A DNA stretch of 64,000 nt, taken from a virus. Each line of letters begins with the position of its first letter. Position 1 is the first letter of the stretch. The position numbers and the translations under genes were made by a program. The DNA is taken from the IMG/VR virus record IMGVR_UViG_3300027418_000370. One strand, written 5' to 3'. A model generated the notes under the pieces. It saw nothing but the letters and a program-made list of their open reading frames with translations. It ran no database searches and had not been told where the DNA came from. Positions 17,792-26,025 of this stretch are shown here, piece after piece.

Positions 17792-20134
17792 ATGTCGATA
17801 GAAAAAAAGTATTATACGGTTACAGATAAGGAAACTGTTAACCTACTCATCCAGCACATTAACGAATCAAACGTTATTGCGTACGATACCGAGACCGACT
17901 CCCTTAACATGCGTAAGGGTAAAGTAGTCGGCTTCTCCGTCTCAGGTGATATTGGTATTGGTTTCTATATGCCAACTATGGCTTGGAATCACGCTACTGA
18001 GACTCTAGATGAACTTCAGATCGAAGGCATCGGTTGTCATACCTTAGCTAAGAAGATCTTAAGTATGCTAGTCGGTAAGAAGCTTGTGATGCACAACGCA
18101 TCGTTTGACTGCCGATTTACTAAGAACTTCTACGGTGTTAACTTACTAGATAGTCTCTGGGTTGATACTGCTCTGCTAGTACATACCGTCCAAGAAGAAG
18201 GAGCAGGTATGGGAGTATTCGGTCTTAAGCCTCTAGCTATTTCTATTCAAGAGCACATCGGTCTAGATGTAGAGAAGGCTGCTAACGAAGAGCAGATCGA
18301 ACTGAAAGAGTCTATCAAACGTAACGGAGGCTCAGTAACTAAGGAAAGCTTTGAGATCTACAAAGCAGACATGGACGTACTATCAAAGTATGCCGCTGCC
18401 GATACTGACTTAACTCTCCGAGTATGTACTTACTTTATTCAGAAACTTAAAGAAGAGAACTTAGAGCAGTTCTTCTTTGAAGAGGAAGTTATGCCTCTGT
18501 ACCGTGAAGTAACTATTCCTATGGAAGAGATGGGAGTAGATTTAGACTTAGAGCTACTAGAAGAGACTAAGAAAGAGATTATTGAAGATCTTCAGAAGAA
18601 TAAAAAGATTGTACTTGACTCTATTCTAGCTCTACCAGCCGGTAAAGAATGGGTTGTAGATACTGCTCTAAAAGAGTTCCCACCTTCTCATAAAGGAACA
18701 TGGGCACAATACTTAGCTATGCGTTACTCTTTACCTCTGCCTAAATCTGAGAAGACCGGTAAGTACTCTATTACTCAAAAGACTGTAGGAGAGCTAGAAG
18801 ATTCTCCTGCTAAAGAGTACCTCTTAACTGGAAACTTAGATGTGCTGAATGAAATGGAGGTACTTAAAATCTCTATGGCATTATGGAAAGAGAAGAATGA
18901 TGGGGAGTATATCAACATTCAATCTAAGAAACACTTAGGTGAACTTGTATTTGACTATATGGGTATTAAACCTCTTGTATCAGGAGCTAATACTAAGTCC
19001 GGTCGTGATAAGTTTGACATGGATATGATTGAAGAGCTCTCTAAAGACTACGAATGGGCTGAGAATCTTCGTATCTATAACAAGCTACTTAAGATTAAGT
19101 CTACTTATATCGATCGCTTTGTAGATAATCACGAAGACGGACGTTACTACTTCTACTTTAAACAGAACGGTACTGTATCAGGCCGTTATGGTTCAGATGC
19201 TCAGCAACTACCTAAGCCTAAAGAGGAAGGAGAAGATGCTCCTATCATCGTCAAGTATACTAATATCGTCCGTGCTTTCTTAACCTCAGGACCAGGACGT
19301 AAAATTATCGATGCTGACTACGAGTCATTGGAACCTCACTGCTTTGCTTCTGTATCAGGAGACATTAACCTTCAGGAGATCTTTAACAACGGATGGGACT
19401 TCTACTCTACTGTTGCTATCAGAACTGAGAAGCTAGATGAGCAGCGAGATAAGTACCCTGACGGAGTATCAGCTGATAAGAGAGCTCCTAACTACCTTAA
19501 GAAGTTAGACCCTGTTAAGCGTAACCAAGCTAAGGCTTACTCCCTCGGTATTGCATATGGTATGGAAGCTTACGCTCTAGGAATGACACTAGGCATCTCT
19601 CAGAAAGAAGCCGAAGTACTTGTAGATGGTTACCTAAATGGATTTCCTCAACTTAAGCAGTGGCGTATTAACTCTCGTAAGCAGGTTAAAGAGCATGGCT
19701 TTATTAAGAATAAGGTAGGCCGTATCCGTCACCTACCTAAAGTTAAAAAGATGTACGATACTTTCGGAGACCAGATCATGGACTGGAAGTTCCGGAAAGA
19801 CCTTTCAGAACGTTATGGCAAGGATCAAGTACTACAATGGTACCGTGACTACCGAAACGGACTGAATAACTGTTTGAACTACCAACTGCAGAGCCTTGCA
19901 GCGGCTGTCGTAAACCGAGCGGCAGTACAGATCAATCGCAAGCTGAAAGAGCTTGGGATCGACGGCCGTGTTCAAGCACAGGTACATGACCAGTTGATCA
20001 TTAACGTACCAGAAGACCAGGCAGAGTTTGTAGCTCCTATCGTAAAAGAGATTATGGAGAGTACTACCAAGCTTGAAGGAGTAACTCTAAAAGCACCTCC
20101 TGAGATTTCTTATAACTGGAGAGACGGCCACTAA
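17792..20134 (+). CDS. polA: Family A DNA polymerase with 3'-5' exonuclease
   Basis: ExoI DTET, ExoII HNASFD, ExoIII YAAAD; TVSGR; motif A DYESLE; motif B RNQAKAYSLGIAYG; motif C VHD. Confidence 0.96.
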   Translation: MSIEKKYYTVTDKETVNLLIQHINESNVIAYDTETDSLNMRKGKVVGFSVSGDIGIGFYMPTMAWNHATETLDELQIEGIGCHTLAKKILSMLVGKKLVMHNASFDCRFTKNFYGVNLLDSLWVDTALLVHTVQEEGAGMGVFGLKPLAISIQEHIGLDVEKAANEEQIELKESIKRNGGSVTKESFEIYKADMDVLSKYAAADTDLTLRVCTYFIQKLKEENLEQFFFEEEVMPLYREVTIPMEEMGVDLDLELLEETKKEIIEDLQKNKKIVLDSILALPAGKEWVVDTALKEFPPSHKGTWAQYLAMRYSLPLPKSEKTGKYSITQKTVGELEDSPAKEYLLTGNLDVLNEMEVLKISMALWKEKNDGEYINIQSKKHLGELVFDYMGIKPLVSGANTKSGRDKFDMDMIEELSKDYEWAENLRIYNKLLKIKSTYIDRFVDNHEDGRYYFYFKQNGTVSGRYGSDAQQLPKPKEEGEDAPIIVKYTNIVRAFLTSGPGRKIIDADYESLEPHCFASVSGDINLQEIFNNGWDFYSTVAIRTEKLDEQRDKYPDGVSADKRAPNYLKKLDPVKRNQAKAYSLGIAYGMEAYALGMTLGISQKEAEVLVDGYLNGFPQLKQWRINSRKQVKEHGFIKNKVGRIRHLPKVKKMYDTFGDQIMDWKFRKDLSERYGKDQVLQWYRDYRNGLNNCLNYQLQSLAAAVVNRAAVQINRKLKELGIDGRVQAQVHDQLIINVPEDQAEFVAPIVKEIMESTTKLEGVTLKAPPEISYNWRDGH

Positions 20135-20241
20135 AAATAAATCGTATATATTTATATGAAAGAGCAGGGAGCCGCTCATAAGATGACTCACCGAATGGGA
20201 GTCGGGTTACATAAATTACTAACTAAATAGATCTAAGGACT

Positions 20242-20682
20242 ATGACACAAATCAACTACAAGTTGTGGGATAATAACGTATCCTCAACATTTGATATCCT
20301 TTTCAAGGATTTCTTCAATCAGAACTCTACCTTTAATTCTCCGGTAGACAACAAGATCGGACACCCGGTCGACATTTACGAAACACAACACGGACTATTT
20401 TTCGAGATTGCCTGCACAGGTCTTAGCAAATCAGATGTTGAGATTAATGTGGAAGGTGACGTACTCCGTATTGTACATAACTCAGAGGACAGGCTTAAAA
20501 AAGATCCTGAGAACCTCAGAGTGTATCACAAAGGAATTGCCAAACGTTCCTTCAATTTAGGTTATAAGATTGCTCGTAGATTTGACATGGAAGCTATCGA
20601 TGCTAAGATGCAGGATGGTCTCTTAACAATTAATATCCCTCACACTGAGGAAAATAAACCTACGAAAGTTAAAATTAAATAA
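20242..20682 (+). CDS. Small heat-shock protein Hsp20
   Basis: PVDIYE, HKGIAKRSF, AKMQDGLLTI.IP, C-terminal VKI. Confidence 0.93.
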   Translation: MTQINYKLWDNNVSSTFDILFKDFFNQNSTFNSPVDNKIGHPVDIYETQHGLFFEIACTGLSKSDVEINVEGDVLRIVHNSEDRLKKDPENLRVYHKGIAKRSFNLGYKIARRFDMEAIDAKMQDGLLTINIPHTEENKPTKVKIK

Positions 20683-20742
20683 GTTATAGAGTTGGCTCCC
20701 TGTACTCTTTTTCGTATATTAAGAGTATAATCAAAACAAGTT

Positions 20743-21024
20743 ATGGCAAGAGGAAAAAAGGCTGGGCATGTAAAGCCCCAAGTAACAATCAAAGACGATA
20801 TGTTAACACCGTACTATATTAGTATGGATGAAACTCAGTACACTTTAATGATCGAAGGTTCTACTTTACCTTTAGGTTATTATAGCAGTCTAGAAGGAGC
20901 AATCAAAAGAGCAGCTCGATACCTTACAGTTGAAAGTCTTAATCAACAGACAGTAGATCTTACAGACTTTCTGAAGGCCTATGATAATGTAATCACACAA
21001 TTAAATAATCGCATCCCAGTATGA
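20743..21024 (+). CDS. Hypothetical protein
   Basis: ORF after promoter. Confidence 0.7.
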   Translation: MARGKKAGHVKPQVTIKDDMLTPYYISMDETQYTLMIEGSTLPLGYYSSLEGAIKRAARYLTVESLNQQTVDLTDFLKAYDNVITQLNNRIPV

Positions 21025-21347
21025 AAAGATTAGTACCTATGAATGACCGCTTGGTCGTTAAACCTATAGAAGAGACTGAGCAGATGTACGGTAACATCAT
21101 CATCGCTGATATGGGTAAAGAACGTCCTGAGATGGGCGAAGTTATTGCTGTAGGACCTGGACGTATGTCCGAATACGGTAAATTTATCCCAGTTAACTTT
21201 AATGTAGGTGATATTGTATTGCTACCTAAGATTGGAACCCTCCGAGTAGAGTTTGAAGGCGAAGAGTTCTACATTGCTCAATCTCGAGAAGTTCTCTGTA
21301 AAGTACAAGAAACATATAATCCAGAATCAGATCACGAATTACTATGA
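21021..21347 (+). CDS. groES: Co-chaperonin GroES
   Basis: PMNDRLVVK, GEVIAVGPG, VGDIV. Confidence 0.95.
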   Translation: MKRLVPMNDRLVVKPIEETEQMYGNIIIADMGKERPEMGEVIAVGPGRMSEYGKFIPVNFNVGDIVLLPKIGTLRVEFEGEEFYIAQSREVLCKVQETYNPESDHELL

Positions 21348-22966
21348 GTAAACGTATAGAATTTTCAAATGATGCCCGTAAAGGTCTTCTTAACGGTGTA
21401 GAGAAACTTTCAAATGCTGTAACAGCTACGCTAGGTCCTAACGGACGTAACGTTATTATCGAACAGCAGCAAGGTAACCCTATCTCTACTAAAGACGGTG
21501 TTACAGTAGCTAAGGCTGTTGAATTAGAAGATACAGTTGAGAATATGGGTGCACAGCTTGTTAAGCAGGCATCTATTAAAACAGCAGACGGTGCCGGTGA
21601 CGGTACTACTACATCAACTCTGCTAGCAGCTGAGATTTACAAACACGGTTTAGGTTCTTTAGACTTCCATAATGCTACTGATGTCAGTCGCGGTATTGCT
21701 AAAGCTACTACAGCCGTTGTAGATTACTTAGAGAAGAATGCTAGAGAGATTACAGATGAGAATCAGTTGCGTCAAGTAGCAACTATCTCAGCTAACAACG
21801 ACCCAGAAGTGGGAGAGCTTATCGCTTCATCGATGGACAAGGTGGGACGAGAAGGCGTAGTGACGATTGAGGAGTCTCGCACAGGTGAGACTTACCTCGA
21901 GGTTGTTGAGGGTATGCAGTTTAATCGAGGATACAAGTCTATATACTTTGTCACGGATAACAATTCCATGACTGCCGTTTTGAGCAACCCTCTCGTTTTG
22001 ATTACAGATAAGAAAGTCACTGCCGCAAAAGAGCTACTGCCAATCCTTGAGGCTTGCTCTTCACAGAACAAACCATTGCTCATCATCGCTGATGACATCG
22101 ATGGCGAGGCTCTCTCCACTTTGGTCGTTAATAAGATGCGAGGCATCCTTCAAGTAGTAGCAGTTAAAGCTCCAGACTTTGGAGATCGTAAGAAAGCTAT
22201 GCTAGAAGACATTGCTGTGTTAACAGGAGGTCAAGTAGTAAGTACTGAGAAAGGTATGCGACTTGATAAATTCAACCCAGACTGGTTAGGTTCTTCTCGT
22301 AAGATCACTATCGGTAAAGACGATACTACGATTGTAGACGGTAAAGGAGACACGGAAGCTATCAGTGCTCGCATTGAGGAGATTAAAGCTCTTATCGATA
22401 ATAGTAAATCACCTTTTGAAAAGGAGACCCTACAGGACCGCTTAGGACGATTGATCGGAGGCGTGGCTATCGTACACGTAGGAGGTCAGTCTGAACTTGA
22501 GATGAAAGAGAAGAAAGACCGAGTAGAGGATGCCCTTCACGCTACTAAAGCAGCTCTAGAAGAAGGTATTCTACCCGGAGGAGGTATTGCACTCCTTAAT
22601 GCAGCACAGGTACTAACGATACCAGAAGGCTTAAACTCCTCAGAAGTAGAAGGTTATAGAATTCTAATGAGCGCTATTGGAATGCCTTTTGATACTATTT
22701 TAAGCAATGCAGGCTTTACAAAAGATAGAATCGAGAGTATTCTAGAAAAGATTGTTGAATCGGATAACTTCTGGCAAGGATTTAATCTCCGTACTGAAGA
22801 CTATGTAAATATGTTCGACGAAGGGATTATCGATCCTGCTAAGGTAACACGCCTAGCATTAGAGAATGCTTCTTCTATCGCACGTACTATGTTGACTACC
22901 GAGTGTATTATCAGCAACGTTAAAGAAGAGAACAAACAAGAGATGGACTTTAATCAATTTATGTAA
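21344..22966 (+). CDS. groEL: Chaperonin GroEL
   Basis: TLGPNGRNV, TKDGVTVA, GDGTTT, GIIDPAKV. Confidence 0.98.
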   Translation: MSKRIEFSNDARKGLLNGVEKLSNAVTATLGPNGRNVIIEQQQGNPISTKDGVTVAKAVELEDTVENMGAQLVKQASIKTADGAGDGTTTSTLLAAEIYKHGLGSLDFHNATDVSRGIAKATTAVVDYLEKNAREITDENQLRQVATISANNDPEVGELIASSMDKVGREGVVTIEESRTGETYLEVVEGMQFNRGYKSIYFVTDNNSMTAVLSNPLVLITDKKVTAAKELLPILEACSSQNKPLLIIADDIDGEALSTLVVNKMRGILQVVAVKAPDFGDRKKAMLEDIAVLTGGQVVSTEKGMRLDKFNPDWLGSSRKITIGKDDTTIVDGKGDTEAISARIEEIKALIDNSKSPFEKETLQDRLGRLIGGVAIVHVGGQSELEMKEKKDRVEDALHATKAALEEGILPGGGIALLNAAQVLTIPEGLNSSEVEGYRILMSAIGMPFDTILSNAGFTKDRIESILEKIVESDNFWQGFNLRTEDYVNMFDEGIIDPAKVTRLALENASSIARTMLTTECIISNVKEENKQEMDFNQFM

Positions 22967-23254
22967 TGAGTAAGATCACAGGACGTCAACGCTACTTAGC
23001 TTTTACCGAATGGTATAACTGGGCACAGACTAAGTACCCTATCCTAAAGAAGAAAAAGAAACCACAACCTCAAAACTCTAACAATAATGAGCTTTAAATC
23101 AGGAGATGTTGTTCGTAGTATCGATCCTCGATGTGTGGGTAAGAACTTGAAGGTCTTAGAAGACAAAGGAGAGTTTCTAATCCTAGAAGATACTCAAGGA
23201 GAGATGTACAACGTATTTAAGAAGGACTGCCACAAGCAGATGTTGTTTGGTTAA

Positions 23255-23334
23255 GCCGAAGGGGCGGGCGAGGGGGCGTGTCTCTCTCCCCGCACCGAAG
23301 GTGCCACGCGCATTTTCTCTCAAAGTCCCTACCG
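23255..23334 (+). repeat. GC-rich structured element, copy 1
   Basis: Shares CGCACCGAAGGTGCCACGCGCAT and CCTACCG with 59674-59751; covarying stem. Confidence 0.8.
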
Positions 23335-23399
23335 GGCCTTGCTCCCGGGCTATTTATTAAAGTATTACTTGTCGTTTAACTGTCTATTACTTCCCAAGC

Positions 23400-23570
23400 A
23401 TGAGTGAGAAGAGAATTGAGGAGTTGGGTCACCTCGCTTTCAATGAAGGTTTTTTTACACAATGGCACGATACTGCCTCCCTTTATATGAAGGAAAATCC
23501 CAAAGTAGAGAGAGTCGAAGCGTACGAACAAGCATACAAAAAGTATTCCCGAACAGTTGTAAATAAGTAA
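23400..23570 (+). CDS. Small hypothetical protein (not in ORF track)
   Basis: MSEKRIEELGHLAFNEG...; follows TATTTATT. Confidence 0.55.
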   Translation: MSEKRIEELGHLAFNEGFFTQWHDTASLYMKENPKVERVEAYEQAYKKYSRTVVNK

Positions 23571-23897
23571 TAAAGTTCTTATCTTTAAGTTATGAGCGAA
23601 TTTAGATTTTTGTATTGGGACGACTATGGAACGCCGGAGGGAGACAAAACAGGAGAGACACCTAGCACAGCTAATACGCCGGAAGATGATTCAAAAGGAT
23701 CACGGAAGTCAAAAGGAGTATAAGCGAGTAAACAAGAGAGTGTGGGATGACGAAGATTGATTGGACAGACGAATACGATAATTGGTCTCCCGACCTCCCG
23801 TTAAGTTGGCACTCGGTAGAAAAAAATAAAGAAAGTTTTCCCGAAGAGTTGTCCGAACAGTAAAACGTTCGTATCTTTATAGAGTTAATAAGAGGTT

Positions 23898-24089
23898 ATG
23901 AGTAAAGAAGAAGAGTTGAGTTACGTAAGCGAAATACTGGCACAGGCGATGTATCACGGATTAGAAGCCGAGATAGTCTTAGACGCCTTAGAATTAATCA
24001 AAGAAAATCCGAATACCGATCCAATCCTTGCGCTGCAGCTTGCAGCTGCGGACTGGGATGTGTATGTCGAAACAAAGCAGCACGACTAG
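23898..24089 (+). CDS. Hypothetical protein
   Basis: Promoter plus GAGGTTATG start. Confidence 0.7.
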   Translation: MSKEEELSYVSEILAQAMYHGLEAEIVLDALELIKENPNTDPILALQLAAADWDVYVETKQHD

Positions 24090-24099
24090 TGCTAAACTT

Positions 24100-24185
24100 G
24101 CTACTGTGGTGAAATAGGTAGACACGAGGGACTTAAAATCCCTTGGCCAGTGATGGTCGTGCCGGTTCGATTCCGGCCAGTAGTA
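24100..24185 (+). tRNA. tRNA-Leu(TAA)
   Basis: GCTACTG/CAGTAGT acceptor, anticodon loop CTTAAAA, long variable arm, GTTCGATTC. Confidence 0.93.
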
Positions 24186-24231
24186 CACGGAAACCCATAT
24201 ACGGTTCTTTGACATGTTGGATAGATAGAAT

Positions 24232-24313
24232 GCGGATGTGGTGTAATTGGTAGCCACGCCAGACTTAGGATCTGGTGCTTAATCGCGTGGGGGTTCGAGT
24301 CCCTTCATCCGCA
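24232..24313 (+). tRNA. tRNA-Leu(TAG)
   Basis: GCGGATG/CATCCGC; CCAGA-CTTAGGA-TCTGG; GTTCGAGTCC. Confidence 0.93.
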
Positions 24314-24319
24314 CATAAT

Positions 24320-24422
24320 GAGAGGAGGAAAAGGTAAAATCCAAAGGTACGGTCGACGGGTCGTTTAAAACCTGAGGTACGGACTCTGATGCTGTAAGCG
24401 CGCTAAAGGAGTGAAGCCTCTC
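24320..24422 (+). ncRNA. Unassigned structured RNA between tRNAs
   Basis: GAGAGG/CCTCTC closing stem with internal hairpins. Confidence 0.4.
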
Positions 24423-24430
24423 TATAATAT

Positions 24431-24504
24431 GGTCCGATAGCTCAGCTGGATAGAGCAACAGCCTTCTAAGCTGTCGGTCGAAGGTTCGAATCCTTCTCGG
24501 ATCA
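24431..24504 (+). tRNA. tRNA-Arg(TCT)
   Basis: GGTCCGA/TCGGATC; ACAGC-CTTCTAA-GCTGT; GTTCGAATCC. Confidence 0.95.
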
Positions 24505-24596
24505 CTACGCAGTCAGATGCATCTGGTTTCTCTATTCCATTTAAAGATAGAGTGGAGCTACAGTGGCAGGTTATGGTTGTCCTCTAACAACCAGCT

Positions 24597-24669
24597 CGGG
24601 ATGTGGCGCAAGTGGTAGCGCACCTGGTTTGGGACCAGGGGGTTGGAGGTTCGAGTCCTGTCATCCCGA
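24597..24669 (+). tRNA. tRNA-Pro(TGG)
   Basis: CGGGATG/CATCCCG; CCTGG-TTTGGGA-CCAGG; one T-stem mismatch. Confidence 0.92.
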
Positions 24670-24691
24670 CTAATTATTAAATGTTTTAAAC

Positions 24692-24856
24692 ATGAAAACA
24701 ATCATTAAGTACTTCTTTCCGGTAATGTACCTGCTTTACATTGTAGGTATTGGTTTAAACGTATCAGTTGGCGACTATTCAGATGCTGGCTGGATCTTCA
24801 GCGCACTACTCTGGATGTTTAACTACCATATGCTTTACCTAAAGATTACTAAATAA
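24692..24856 (+). CDS. 54-aa membrane protein inside the tRNA array (not in ORF track)
   Basis: MKTIIKYFFPVMYLLYIVGIGLNV...; two hydrophobic helices. Confidence 0.6.
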   Translation: MKTIIKYFFPVMYLLYIVGIGLNVSVGDYSDAGWIFSALLWMFNYHMLYLKITK

Positions 24857-24985
24857 AGAACCCAGACGTGTGCAAAGAGACTGAGTCTAGCCTCTAAATC
24901 CACTTCGGTGGTTGACTTTCGGGAAAAGATAGTGAGTGGGGAGTACGCCTACCGGACGGCGTCTCATTGATAACCTCCCCTATAA

Positions 24986-25058
24986 GCCTCCTTAGCTCAG
25001 TTGGTAGAGCCACTGATTTGTAATCAGTAGGTCGTTGGTTCGAGTCCGACAGGAGGCT
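24986..25058 (+). tRNA. tRNA-Thr(TGT)
   Basis: GCCTCCT/AGGAGGC; CTGA-TTTGTAA-TCAG; GTTCGAGTC. Confidence 0.95.
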
Positions 25059-25061
25059 CAG

Positions 25062-25146
25062 AGAGTAGGACTAATAGTTCAGCATACCGCTGCAGCGGTA
25101 AAAGTAAGTTGCTGTTAATAGGACGCCGAATCCTAACGCCTATTCT
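25062..25146 (+). ncRNA. Unassigned multi-stem RNA between tRNA-Thr and tRNA-Tyr
   Basis: AGAGTAGG/CCTATTCT, CAGCA/TGCTG, TACCGC/GCGGTA and TAGGA/TCCTA stems. Confidence 0.5.
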
Positions 25147-25153
25147 TTTTTAC

Positions 25154-25236
25154 TGGAAGGTGGGTGAGTGGTTAAAACCGGCAGACTGTAAATCTGCTCC
25201 CTTACGGGTACGGCAGTTCGAATCTGTCCCTTCCAA
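25154..25236 (+). tRNA. tRNA-Tyr(GTA)
   Basis: TGGAAGG/CCTTCCA; GCAGA-CTGTAAA-TCTGC; long variable arm. Confidence 0.9.
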
Positions 25237-25242
25237 CAAATT

Positions 25243-25316
25243 GCGCTTATAGCTCAGTTGGTTAGAGCATCCGACTCATAATCGGCAGGTCCTAGGTTCA
25301 AACCCTAGTAGGCGCA
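25243..25316 (+). tRNA. tRNA-CAT (probably Ile2/lysidine type; Met possible)
   Basis: GCGCTTA/TAGGCGC; CCGA-CTCATAA-TCGG. Confidence 0.9.
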
Positions 25317-25329
25317 CTAATTATTATAA

Positions 25330-26025
25330 ATGAAGTTATTTGTACCTTTAATCTGTTATAATCATACTGCCAATACAGAGTGGATGATGTCCACTATGAA
25401 GTTATTAAACTTTGTCAAGGATCAAAGTATACCTTGCACCTTCTATCCAATATTCTTTGAGAGTTTAGTTTCACGAGCACGCAATGCAGCAGTAGCACAC
25501 TTCCTTCAAGATGAGGAAGCAACTCATTTATTGTTTATAGATTCCGATATCATCTTCGAACCTGAGGATGTTGTTAAGCTTATTCAAGCTAAGAAAGAAG
25601 TAGTAGGGGGTATGTACCCTAAGAAGTATATTAAGTGGGATCATATTAAAAAGTATCCTGAAGCTCAAAGAGTAGACTTTCCAGTTGGTACTTCTACAAT
25701 CAACTCAGAAGGTTTTATTGAGACTAAATACGCTCCTACAGGCTTCTTGATGATAGCTAAGACAGCAATCAATAGACTAATTAAAAGCAATCCCCACCTC
25801 AAATATAGAAACGATATCGATGGATATGGAACAGGAGATACCTTCTATGATCTATTCCATGTAGGTATTAAAGGCGGTATCTATGAGAGTGAAGACTGGG
25901 GATTTAGTTCTCTATGGAGAGAAGAAGGTGAAGCAGTTTATATCCATCCTGAAGTAAACTTAAAGCACGTCGGATGGCATGAGTACGAAGGCAATTTAAA
26001 GAAATATATTTTAGAAAATCGATGA
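25330..26025 (+). CDS. GT-A fold glycosyltransferase-like protein
   Basis: VSRARN, LLFIDSDI, TGF, SEDWGF. Confidence 0.8.
   Translation: MKLFVPLICYNHTANTEWMMSTMKLLNFVKDQSIPCTFYPIFFESLVSRARNAAVAHFLQDEEATHLLFIDSDIIFEPEDVVKLIQAKKEVVGGMYPKKYIKWDHIKKYPEAQRVDFPVGTSTINSEGFIETKYAPTGFLMIAKTAINRLIKSNPHLKYRNDIDGYGTGDTFYDLFHVGIKGGIYESEDWGFSSLWREEGEAVYIHPEVNLKHVGWHEYEGNLKKYILENR

Noticed and set aside
1-20134. Introns or inteins in nrdA, thyX or polA
   Set aside because: Reading frames are continuous and of normal length within the window
23255-23334. HDV-like (theta) ribozyme
   Set aside because: No self-complementary P3 and no GG P1.1 or C-R-A J4/2 in the required order
24360-24420. Hammerhead ribozyme (CTGATG present)
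   Set aside because: CUGAUGA is incomplete and there is no properly placed GAAA core
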